A DNA stretch of 63,926 nt, counting the filler, from Chrysochromulina tobinii (lineage: Eukaryota), in the NCBI GenBank assembly GCA_001275005.1. It is 6 parts of 6 records of this genome, joined end to end, with 100 filler letters (N's around TTAATTAATTAA, not from the genome) between each part and the next. Parts side by side here need not be neighbours in the genome. Positions count along the whole stretch, not along the records: positions 1 to 30,895 come from JWZX01000899.1; 5 more parts are not named here. One strand, given 5' to 3'. Below the pieces are notes generated by a model. The model was not told the DNA's origin and did no database searches. It was given only the letters and a program-made list of their open reading frames with translations. This document shows, in pieces, positions 11,659 through 20,845 of the stretch. Within the stretch, counting starts at the first letter, position 1. Each line of letters starts with the position of its first letter. The translations under genes and the position numbers were made by a program.

Positions 11659-12753
11659 ATGCTGGGTGGTGTGGCCTCTCTGCGGCCGGTGCTGTCGATG
11701 ATGATGATGGTGATCCCGCGGCCCGAACGCAGCGCACAGCGACGTGCGGTGGCGCCCGAGTTTCGTGAGGACTTTGCCAACACACGGTGCTTTGTTGAGA
11801 ACTTGAGTAAAAACACGGATTGGGCCGCGCTGAAAGATCACTTCAAGGCGGAAGGATATCCCGTCATTTATGCGTCGGTCTCCACCGACCGCGATGGGAG
11901 TTCCAAAGGCTGTGGCATCGTCCAGTTCGAAACCGTGCATGCAGCTCAGCACGCCATCGACTTCATGAAAGGCACGCTCCTTGATGGCCAAGACATCAAC
12001 ATCAGACCCGATTTCCAAGAGCAGAGCCGCCGAACGGCGGCGGGACCAAACGACGACCATTTCGAGAGCCGTGGCGGTCTTGGCAGGCGCGACAGGCGCG
12101 ACGATACTGGCGCCAGCAGCCGCAGCAGGCTGGGCGGGTTCTCGCGCGCAGCTGGAGACACGGCGCCAGTGGACATACCACTCGTCGAGTCGTTACTATC
12201 TGAGCGAACGGAGCTGCGCAAGCGGCGCGACTTCGACGGCGCGGACGCCATCCGGGAGGAGCTGCGGCGAATGGGCATCGGTGTCGACGATAAGGCGAGG
12301 ACGTGGGTTGCGATGGGCCGCGGTGGCAGTGGAGCGCCAGATGGTGACGACGCGAACGGCCGTAAAGGTCGGGCTGAGAGGTCTGAGGACGAGCGCGACG
12401 CGCAGCCGTGGATGAGCAAGCCGTGGACGAGGGTTGAAGGAACGGATGACGGGCGTGAGGTCGACGAGGCAGAGGTGCTCCTCCGGCTGGCTGCTCGGGA
12501 CGACGCGCGTGAGCGCCGCGATTTCGTCGGCGCGGACTCGATCCTTGAGGAGCTCATTCGCATGGGCGTGGGCGTGGATGATGCGCGGCGTCAGCGCTGC
12601 TGGTGGCTTGGACGGCGTGCTGACGGCCGAGAGCAGGACCAGATCGGCACAGGCGCCGCCCCAGGCCGGCGGAAGTGGTACCGAGGGGCCGAGGATGGCG
12701 GCGGTGCCGAGGGCTCCGGGGACGGGCGACGCAAGACACAGAGGCGCATGTGA
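11659..12753 (+). CDS. RRM protein with two CysRS anticodon-binding-like repeats and a possible N-terminal targeting peptide
   Basis: RNP2 CFVENL and RNP1 KGCGIVQF; repeats RKRRDFDGADAIREELRRMGIGVDD and RERRDFVGADSILEELIRMGVGVDD. Confidence 0.75.
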   Translation: MLGGVASLRPVLSMMMMVIPRPERSAQRRAVAPEFREDFANTRCFVENLSKNTDWAALKDHFKAEGYPVIYASVSTDRDGSSKGCGIVQFETVHAAQHAIDFMKGTLLDGQDINIRPDFQEQSRRTAAGPNDDHFESRGGLGRRDRRDDTGASSRSRLGGFSRAAGDTAPVDIPLVESLLSERTELRKRRDFDGADAIREELRRMGIGVDDKARTWVAMGRGGSGAPDGDDANGRKGRAERSEDERDAQPWMSKPWTRVEGTDDGREVDEAEVLLRLAARDDARERRDFVGADSILEELIRMGVGVDDARRQRCWWLGRRADGREQDQIGTGAAPGRRKWYRGAEDGGGAEGSGDGRRKTQRRM

Positions 12754-13265
12754 ACAGATGCGTCTGTGAACAGAGGCGACGCACGAAGTTCCCTTGTTCC
12801 TATCGCTTTGATCTGCTCACACAGCGCGGGCCGCGGGGCGCGGTGGGGCGGAGCAAGTCGGACGTGAGGGCAGGCGTCGGAATGTAGGCGAGGGACCACG
12901 TGGCAGAGGTGCGTTCAGTGTGTTAGCATTTCATGTGGTTCACGTTCACGTTCACGTTAACGTTAAATTGCCCTGAGTACTCCCCTCTCCCCTCTCGGCA
13001 ATGGTGGTGGTGTCTGGTGATCGATTCTCTTGTCGCGATTCTCACTCGAATGCCCTGAGAATATCCGGAACGCCGTTCACTCCAGGCGAAACTGGAATCG
13101 TTTAAACCCAAATCAAAAAGACTCAAAAAACAAAAACAGCAAAACACACCTACATCGCCTGTGAACCTGTCTCCGATGACCTCCGAAGTTGTTCGCCGGG
13201 ACTCCCGAAGGAAGAGAAGAATCACGAAGGATTCAGTCCGTGTTCTCCAGGACCGGTGCCGCCGA

Positions 13266-13864
13266 ATGCAGAAGCTCCTGATCACACTGCTGCACATTGC
13301 GTCTTGGGCGGGCAGCGCGTACGCGCATCGCCCTCCTCTGGGTGCCACCTACCGCCGGACGGTTTCGCTGCCTGTTATTGGGACCCAGACAGTGGTGCGT
13401 TTGGCCCAAATCGCCCAAACGCAAGCCTGACCTGCTCATGGCCCTTGAGTGGACCACTTCGGCGTCGCTCACCGTGTGTAGCTCCCTTCCTTGCGCAGCA
13501 ACTTACCATCCTCACTCGAAATATGGCGAGGCTGCAGCTTCAAGGACGTCTCCAACTTGATGAGCCTGTGGAGTATGACATCACAGACGAGGGCAAGCTG
13601 AGCTTCGCCCTTACCAACAGCACGAAGCAGCTGCTTCGCCGCTTTCGCACATCGCTTGACGCCGCTGCCTACGACATGTCGGACGACACTGCCCATGTTG
13701 TCGTATGGCCGCCTCTGCCCCTCTCCGTCACTATCAAGCTCCAGCGCGTCCCGAGTAGGGAGCCCAGCAAACTCGCCGCAGCATTGGAGGGCGCCCGCAT
13801 GCCCACCTTCATCCAGGGTTTATGGTCGCAGAAGCAAAAGGGTTCAGAAACGTCTGCCGCGTGA
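13266..13864 (+). CDS. Hypothetical secreted or organelle-targeted protein; intron 13395-13498
   Basis: Signal-like MQKLLITLLHIASWAGSAYA; a phase-0 GTGCGT...GCGCAG intron joins it to the ORF ending at 13864. Confidence 0.6.
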
Positions 13865-14080
13865 GCTCTCTAGCGAATGGCCACGCGGCGCTGCACAACT
13901 ATGCTCTCTCAGCGTCCTGATCCGACCAGACATTGGGGTCTTGTCAGGGCGGTCACGTAAGTCGTAACGGTACAAGGTAATGCGCGTATAGGAAATACGC
14001 TATACGGACAAATTTTACCGGTACTAGATCGGAACATGCATGTCGAGTGTCCTTGTTGCCGATCAATCATCCCGCGGTGA

Positions 14081-15718
14081 TCACTCATCCCGGCGCCACG
14101 CGCGCCGGGCACCTCGAGGTTCGCCCTCCTCCTCCTCCTCCTCCTCCTCCTTCTCCTCCTCCTCCTCCTGCGCTCTGCGCGCTCGCTTCTTGATCCCGAG
14201 CTTGAAGGAGCGCTTGCGGGAGAAGAGATGCTCCACCTCCTCTCCCGCCGTGAGCGCGTCCCGCAGACCTTCAACGAGATGAGATCGGTCCTCCGTATAG
14301 AGGGTGGTGGAGACGCCAGACCGGCCGGCACGTGCTGTGCGCCCGACGCGGTGGATGAACTCGACCGCGTTCGTGGCCACGTCGAACTGCACGACGTGCG
14401 CCACACCCACGAAGTCCAACCCCCGAGCGGCGAGTCCCGTGCATACAAGGACCCGCAGCCGTCCGTCGCCCACGATCGGCTCGTCGGCGATGCTGCCCTC
14501 TCCGAAGCGTTGGAGCAGGAGCCCGCGCTGCGGCACGGCGAGCTCGGCATGGAACAGGGCCGCCTCGCCCGGGCCCACCTCCCCCGCGACCTCCTCGAAC
14601 GCCTCCTTTGCCGTCTGCAGCGTGTTCGCAAAGACGAGCACGCGCCCCGCCGGCCCGTGGCGCACGGCCTGACGCAGCGCTTCGCCACGCTGCGCCGCGT
14701 CGACCTTGATGAAGTAGTGCGAGATCTCGTGCTTGTTCCTGTGCACTTGCGCGGCGCGGTGCCACCTCGCAAGCGGAAAGAGCCGTTTCACGTGCTCCTC
14801 GATGTTTCGCGTGCCCGCGTTGGGCATTGTCGCGCCCACGAGCAAGAATTGCTTCGATGCGTACACACGGTGCCGCGCGGCGCGCGCCTCGGCGCCGTGC
14901 CGCCCGCGCGGCCCGCCCTTCCATCCGCCGCCGCCCTCGCCGCCGCTGCTCAGCGCCTCCTCCTTGGCGCTGCGCTTCACCAAGGAGATGAGCTGCTCAA
15001 TAGGGTACGTCGAGCGCGCGGCGGGTTTAAACGAGCCCGCGAGCAGTGCGTCGGCCTCATCGAGAACAACTGTGCGCAGCCGCTCGGGCCCCAACCCAAT
15101 ATTGAGCGCGACGGCCGGCGTTGAAATCAAGATCGTCGCGTCCGTGTCCGCGTCCGTCTCCGACACGAGCGACGACGCACTCAGCCGACGGCGCTCGTCG
15201 GCAGGCAGCGAGGCAAGGAGCCCGGCGAAGACGGAGAGCACTTGCGCGCACAGGTCTCGGTTGGGAACGAGCACGAGGACTTGATCTGCCTGCCCTCGCA
15301 GCCGGCGCGGGCGCTCGACCGCCGCCTCGTCCTTCGCCTCCTCGATCTCTGCCGCCTCCTCGATCCTCGCCCCTCGGTCCAGCAGCCGGTGCAAGATCGG
15401 CAGCGCGTAAGCCAGCGTCTTACCGCTGCCGGTCTCGCTGAGCAGCACTGCATCGCCGCCACTCAGGACCGCTGCAAATGCCGAGCGCTGCACGTCCGTT
15501 GGCTGCTCGATGCCGGCGGCCGAGAGCGCGGGCAACAGCAGGGGCGAGAGCCCGAGCTCGCGAAAGCTGTTGGCCGTGGCTGGCGCCGCACACGCTCGTG
15601 GTGCAGCATGGCGCGCGCGGAGTGCACCGCAATCGACGACGACTCGACGCATCATCAGAGGCGCGAACCATCTGGCCGCGAAGATCAGGGCGCCGTGGCT
15701 CGTGCCCACTGCGCGCAT
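14081..15718 (-). CDS. DEAD-box RNA helicase, probably organelle-targeted
   Basis: Q motif (FRELGL..PTDVQ), SETGSGKT, VPNRDL, DEAD, GAT, AARGLD, HRVGRTAR. Confidence 0.92.
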   Translation of the reverse strand: MRAVGTSHGALIFAARWFAPLMMRRVVVDCGALRARHAAPRACAAPATANSFRELGLSPLLLPALSAAGIEQPTDVQRSAFAAVLSGGDAVLLSETGSGKTLAYALPILHRLLDRGARIEEAAEIEEAKDEAAVERPRRLRGQADQVLVLVPNRDLCAQVLSVFAGLLASLPADERRRLSASSLVSETDADTDATILISTPAVALNIGLGPERLRTVVLDEADALLAGSFKPAARSTYPIEQLISLVKRSAKEEALSSGGEGGGGWKGGPRGRHGAEARAARHRVYASKQFLLVGATMPNAGTRNIEEHVKRLFPLARWHRAAQVHRNKHEISHYFIKVDAAQRGEALRQAVRHGPAGRVLVFANTLQTAKEAFEEVAGEVGPGEAALFHAELAVPQRGLLLQRFGEGSIADEPIVGDGRLRVLVCTGLAARGLDFVGVAHVVQFDVATNAVEFIHRVGRTARAGRSGVSTTLYTEDRSHLVEGLRDALTAGEEVEHLFSRKRSFKLGIKKRARRAQEEEEEKEEEEEEEEGEPRGARRAWRRDE

Positions 15719-15839
15719 TGATGACGTCGAGCCTCGGAACGTGCAAAAGGATTTTTTCTCGCGAAACTTCTTTTCCAATATTCATATTCCGGTGAAGAAC
15801 ATTCGCGGGGGAATTGCGAAGAGTTCACACGTGGCTTCG

Positions 15840-17384
15840 ATGAGCGGCTTCCATGGCAGGCTTCCATATGCGCGATTCGCTAGACAACTCCATGCGTCGT
15901 CGTCGGCAGCTCGTCACGTCAAGCATGTCAAGCAGGTTACCGAGCAGCTGCACGAGACTGTGCTCGCACCGCTCAACTCCAGGCTGCACGGCCCGCTGGA
16001 GCGCCGGCCGTTTACAGAGGGCATCCCACTGCCGTCAGTGCTTCTCCTGGGCAACCACTCGTCGGGCAAGTCGTCGTTCATCAACTTCGTGCTTGGGCGC
16101 AATGTCCAGGCGACTGGCGTCGCGCCGACGGACGATGGCTTCACCGTCATCGCACCCGGCGCTGAGGATGCCGACCGCGACGGACCAAGCTTCATCGGCG
16201 ACCCAGGTCTCGGCTTTGCGCCGCTGCGCGTCTTCGGCCCAGCATTCATGAGCCACTTCCACCTCAAGGTTCGGTCGGGCCTCGCTACGCAGCTACTGCT
16301 CATCGATTCGCCGGGCATGATCGACTCTCCCGCTACGTCGGCGAGGCCCGCATTGGGCGTGGATTGGAGTACGACCGAGCGTGGGTACGACTTCCTGCGC
16401 GTGACGCAATGGCTGGCGGAGCACGCGGACGTCATCCTGCTCTTCTTCGACCCCGACAAGCCGGGCACGACGGGCGAGACGCTCCAGTGCCTCACGACGT
16501 CGCTGCGCACGCAGGAGCACAAGCTGCACATCATCATGAACAAGGTGGATCAGTTTGTGCACATTCACGACTTTGCGCGCGCGTACGGTTCCCTCTGCTG
16601 GAATCTATCCAAGGTGATCCCGCGCAAGGACCTGCCACGGATCTACACGATGTACCTGCCACCGAGTGCGCTCAAGGGCGGTGCGGGTGCGCGCGCGTCG
16701 GCGATGCAGCCGGGAGGTGCAGCCGCTTCGTCACTCTCGCATGCACTGGCCGAGCTCAGTTCCACACGCGACGAGGTGCTGCACGCGGTGCGCGCGGCGC
16801 CCGAGCGGCGCGTGGACAATCTGATCACGCGCACGCATGACGCGGCCGCGATGCTGCGCATGCACGCCGTCGTGCTCGAGGAGGCCCGCGCCGCTCTCAT
16901 CCAGTGCCGACGGCAGTATGCGGCCAGCGCGGGCGCATTGCTTGCCGTGGCGCCGGCCGCCGCGTACACGATGCTACACGGCCCGATGAGTGACCTCGCA
17001 CTCGTGCCGCTCAGCAGCGTGTCGGTCGCCGCAGGTTCGGCAGGCCTTTTTCTTGGGCTCGCGGCGCTCGCGGCGCTTCGCGGGCGGGCGGCCTTCCTTG
17101 CCCTGCATGCTCAGCTCGCGAGCGCGGCGGGGCTCGATGAAATTTTCGAGAGACTGCATGCCATCGAAGTGAATGAGGCAGATGAGTTCGCGCTTAGCCT
17201 GTGGCGGCGCGTGAGGCCGCAGCTGCAGAGGGCGATCGCGACGCTTGCCCTCACGGAGCTGGCGCCGCTCTCGTCGGGCGAGCGTTACGATCTGGACAAT
17301 ATCCTGCAGGGCGAGGTACCCAAGCTCAGGCGGCTCACCAGCTCTCATCCAGAGGCAGAGCAGGGCACGGGTCAGATAACGTGA
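15840..17384 (+). CDS. EHD/sarcalumenin-like dynamin-family GTPase with C-terminal hydrophobic hairpin
   Basis: GNHSSGKSSFIN, PTDDGFT, DSPG, FFDPDKPG, NKVD and AYGSLCWNLSKV; Arg/Ser-rich transit-like N-terminus. Confidence 0.88.
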   Translation: MSGFHGRLPYARFARQLHASSSAARHVKHVKQVTEQLHETVLAPLNSRLHGPLERRPFTEGIPLPSVLLLGNHSSGKSSFINFVLGRNVQATGVAPTDDGFTVIAPGAEDADRDGPSFIGDPGLGFAPLRVFGPAFMSHFHLKVRSGLATQLLLIDSPGMIDSPATSARPALGVDWSTTERGYDFLRVTQWLAEHADVILLFFDPDKPGTTGETLQCLTTSLRTQEHKLHIIMNKVDQFVHIHDFARAYGSLCWNLSKVIPRKDLPRIYTMYLPPSALKGGAGARASAMQPGGAAASSLSHALAELSSTRDEVLHAVRAAPERRVDNLITRTHDAAAMLRMHAVVLEEARAALIQCRRQYAASAGALLAVAPAAAYTMLHGPMSDLALVPLSSVSVAAGSAGLFLGLAALAALRGRAAFLALHAQLASAAGLDEIFERLHAIEVNEADEFALSLWRRVRPQLQRAIATLALTELAPLSSGERYDLDNILQGEVPKLRRLTSSHPEAEQGTGQIT

Positions 17385-17538
17385 TGCATGTAGTGGTGGG
17401 TTGTGGAGATGGAGGTTTGTGGAGGTGACAGTCAATCGCTGGGAATTATGGATGGTGGTCCGAAACCACTTTTTGTCAGCGCGTCCTACCGAGCACCGAA
17501 AGTCACTTCGCGAGTGTTCGCGCCTTTCGCCGACATCG

Positions 17539-20304
17539 ATGGACGAGGCCGACTTCATGGAGAGCTTCGACGACGACCTCGCCCTCGAGGCAGAGCTCGA
17601 GGCGGAGCTCCAGGCAGAGTCCGCGGCGGCACTCGCTGTCGACGACGAGGATATCCCCGAGGAGTTTGACGCTACAAGTACGATGCGGCCGGTGGAGGTC
17701 AGACAGCAGCGACAGGCGGTGGTGCCCATGGAGGAGGAGCGGGCACCAATCGCCGAGGCTTCAGCACCTGCGTCAGCAATGGAGCAGGAGGAGCAGGAGC
17801 TAGAGGAGGCCACCGCTCCGCAGCACGACCGCGAGGTGGTGCGTACCTTTTCGGTCTCTCTTGAGAACGGCCGTGAGCTGCCCCTGTGCTTACTCGCACC
17901 GCGGGACCACTCGCACTTTGCGGCGGCTCGCACTGGAAACCTGCTCTCGCAGCCAATCAGCGTGCTCCGTGACACCCTCGACCGACAGGCCTCAGCCGCC
18001 GAGCGGGCTGCCACACAAGCCTCGGAGCGTCTCTTTGCGCTCGGCGATGCGGACTTGAAGGAAGTTGTCCCCGACAGTGCGGGGTGCACCGCGCCGCCGC
18101 CCTCGCAGCTGTGGGTGGACAAGTACGCGCCGCAACGGTTCATGGAGCTGCTCTCGGACGAGCGCGTCAATCGGCAGGTGCTGGCGTGGATCAAGGGCTG
18201 GGACGAGCACGTCTTCCGTGGACAGCCGTCCACCGCGAAGAGCGTGGGTGCCAAGGCGGCGGCCGCCGCTGCGAGCGCGGCGCGGGCGCGCGGCGAATTC
18301 GGCGCGAAGCGCTCCACGCGCCCAGAGAAGCCGCTGCTGCTCCTCTCTGGACCGCCAGGCATGGGGAAGACGACGCTTGCGCATGTGGTCGCCAAGCACG
18401 CGGGCTACCGGCCCGTCGAGATCAATGCGTCCGACGAGCGTTCGGCCAAGGTCCTGAAGCAGCGCATCGCCGAGGCGACGGACATGCAGTCCGTCTTCTC
18501 CGACCACCGGCCGCCGCTCATCATTCTGGATGAGATCGATGGCGCGATGGGCGGCTCCGAAGGCACGAGTGCGATCCACGAGCTGCTCAAGCTCGCCAAC
18601 ATGACGGCGCGCCAGAGCAAGGGGAGCACCGACGACGCCGACGGCGAGGGCGGCGCCAAGGGCGCCAAGGGTAGCAAGGGCTTGCAGCGGCCGGTCATCT
18701 GCATCTGCAACGACGTGTACGCACCGGCGCTGCGCCCGTTGCGCGCGGTGGCCGAGTGCATCGAGTTCCGCGCCGCGAGCAATAGCCAGCTGCTCACGCG
18801 GCTGAAGCACGTGTGTCGCGTCGAGAAGCTGCATGCCGAGCCATCGATGCTGGACGCGCTCGCTCAGCTGGCGCACCAGGACGTGCGCACGTGCCTCAAC
18901 ACGCTGCAGTTTGTGCGCGGGAGAAGCTCGACGCTCAGCGAGGCGGTGCTCGCATCGGTGGGCGCCAAGTCGATGGCCAAGTCGCCGCTCGCCCTCTGGA
19001 AGCAGGTCTTCAGCGCCCCCCCCCCCAAGCGTGTGGGCCCCGATGGCGCCGCCGCGGCGGGTGGCGGCGGCCCCGGTGGCGGCGCGTGGGAGGCGGCGCG
19101 GAGCGCCGGGAGCAGCCGCGCGGCCCAGGCCAAGGCGGCGGCCGCGGCCAAGACGGTCACGTCGGCGGCGACGCTCTTTGCCGACCTCGAGAGAGCGGAC
19201 GTGGCGCGCGTGCTCGAGGGCGTGCATGAGAACTACCTGAACGTCTCGTACACGGACCCGCAGCTGCTTCGAACCGCCGAGGCGGCCGAGGCGCTCTCGG
19301 TGCTCGACCTGCGCACGCAGGCGGCGTACTCAAAGGGCCACTTTGCTCTCGAGGCGTACGCAAGCGCAGCAGTGGTCGAGGTGCACATGGCATGCGCAGT
19401 GCCTCACCTGCGCGAGAAGATCAGCTTCCCCAAGGCAGGGCGTGAGCAGCAGAAGCGGTGCGAGCAGCAGCAGGCCATCGTGCGTGGCTGGCAGGGGGGC
19501 ATGTCCCCCGCCCTGCACGCCGCCTACCCGCGCACCGCGCTGATCGTCGACGTGCTCTCGCCACTCCTCACCATCCTCACGCCGCCCATCAAGCCGGGTG
19601 CCACGCATCTGCTCGCCTCGGACGAGCGGCGCGTACTGAGCTCGCTCGTGGACGTAATGCTTGCCTTCGGGTTGAGCTACCAGCAACGGTCCACTGACGA
19701 GGGCGGTTACGCGTATCGGCTCGAGCCTCCGCTCGCCGAGCTGCTGCCCTCGATCGAGCCGCTGCACGAGCCGGACGCCAAGCCTGCGGCGCCCTCGGCT
19801 AGCGCGGAGGAGGGCACAGGCGCTGTGGTGGGCACAGGCTACGCCCCGGGCGCCAGCACCTCTGCCGCCTCGCGCGACGCCGCCGGCGCGGCGCCGCCGG
19901 TCAACAGCGGCCTCAGGCGCGAGCTCCCTGCGGCCGTGAAGCAGCTTCTGAGTGTGGAGCTCCACCGCGAGACGCTCCGCCGCCACCATGGGCTTGAAAA
20001 GGCAGGGGGCGCCAAGGAGGCAGGGGGCGGACTGGGCGTCGCGTCGCCGGCGCCACTGCCTGCCACGCGCCCGACCCTCTCCCTCAAGCCGCAGCCCCTT
20101 GCCCCCAAGGCCGCCCAGGTCGCCATGGCTCCCAAGGAGAAGCGTGACATGTTTGGGCGCGTCGTCCCGGTGGCAAAGGGGACGAAGCGCGGCGCGGGCG
20201 CTGTGGTGGGCACGCCCGAGGAGGTGTTTCCGATCCGCTTCAAGTACCAGGAAGGCGTCACCGACGCCGTGCGCCGTGTGGTGCGCGTACGCGACTTGCT
20301 TTGA
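17539..20304 (+). CDS. CTF18: Chromosome transmission fidelity factor 18 (RFC-like clamp loader large subunit)
   Basis: LWVDKYAP, GPPGMGKTTLAH, EINASDERS, DEIDG, RPVICICND and the CTF18-typical C-terminus FKYQEGVTDAVRRVVRVRDLL. Confidence 0.93.
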   Translation: MDEADFMESFDDDLALEAELEAELQAESAAALAVDDEDIPEEFDATSTMRPVEVRQQRQAVVPMEEERAPIAEASAPASAMEQEEQELEEATAPQHDREVVRTFSVSLENGRELPLCLLAPRDHSHFAAARTGNLLSQPISVLRDTLDRQASAAERAATQASERLFALGDADLKEVVPDSAGCTAPPPSQLWVDKYAPQRFMELLSDERVNRQVLAWIKGWDEHVFRGQPSTAKSVGAKAAAAAASAARARGEFGAKRSTRPEKPLLLLSGPPGMGKTTLAHVVAKHAGYRPVEINASDERSAKVLKQRIAEATDMQSVFSDHRPPLIILDEIDGAMGGSEGTSAIHELLKLANMTARQSKGSTDDADGEGGAKGAKGSKGLQRPVICICNDVYAPALRPLRAVAECIEFRAASNSQLLTRLKHVCRVEKLHAEPSMLDALAQLAHQDVRTCLNTLQFVRGRSSTLSEAVLASVGAKSMAKSPLALWKQVFSAPPPKRVGPDGAAAAGGGGPGGGAWEAARSAGSSRAAQAKAAAAAKTVTSAATLFADLERADVARVLEGVHENYLNVSYTDPQLLRTAEAAEALSVLDLRTQAAYSKGHFALEAYASAAVVEVHMACAVPHLREKISFPKAGREQQKRCEQQQAIVRGWQGGMSPALHAAYPRTALIVDVLSPLLTILTPPIKPGATHLLASDERRVLSSLVDVMLAFGLSYQQRSTDEGGYAYRLEPPLAELLPSIEPLHEPDAKPAAPSASAEEGTGAVVGTGYAPGASTSAASRDAAGAAPPVNSGLRRELPAAVKQLLSVELHRETLRRHHGLEKAGGAKEAGGGLGVASPAPLPATRPTLSLKPQPLAPKAAQVAMAPKEKRDMFGRVVPVAKGTKRGAGAVVGTPEEVFPIRFKYQEGVTDAVRRVVRVRDLL

Positions 20305-20845
20305 AAGGGACCGTGGTGGCGGCAGTGGCCGAAGCGGCTCGCGCACCTCGCAGTCTCGTTCTCATGGCACGCGTGATGACGCGATGACGACGTGATGACG
20401 CGATCGCGCGAGGAGAAGCGCCCGCAGCCCGCAAAAGGGCGCTGAGCACGTGATGGGCTCTAGCGAAGGGCGCACGATGTAGGCGTGGGAGCGAGGCGTG
20501 GAGTGTGCATATCGCAGCTGTGGTCGGAGCGTCGGAGGTGACGTGAGATGCGCGGGGGATGGATGGGTGCGCAGCTAGTCGGCTCGACCGGGGGGTTCCC
20601 GTCCACTATCGGTTCCACTGCACCGTTTGAAACTGGGGTTATCAGGGAGCGTGCACGCGTAGACCCTTTATTTTCTGGATCGCATGCACGCAAGAGTTCC
20701 GTCAAGCGGCCGATCCGGTTGGTCTTCGGAGCAACGAAGAAAAAAGGAAAGTAATGCAGGGGCTCTCAGCACTCAGCTCTCGATTGTACTCGGCAAAACC
20801 TCTTCTTCGAGGCATTCGGTGACGACGGAGGACCCTGTGGCCGGC

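Noticed and set aside
16974..19227. Long antisense and overlapping ORFs (e.g. 16974-18395, 17992-19227; also 46627-48360 and 44020-45693)
   Set aside because: They are shadow ORFs expected from high GC3 codon bias opposite real genes and carry no motifs.
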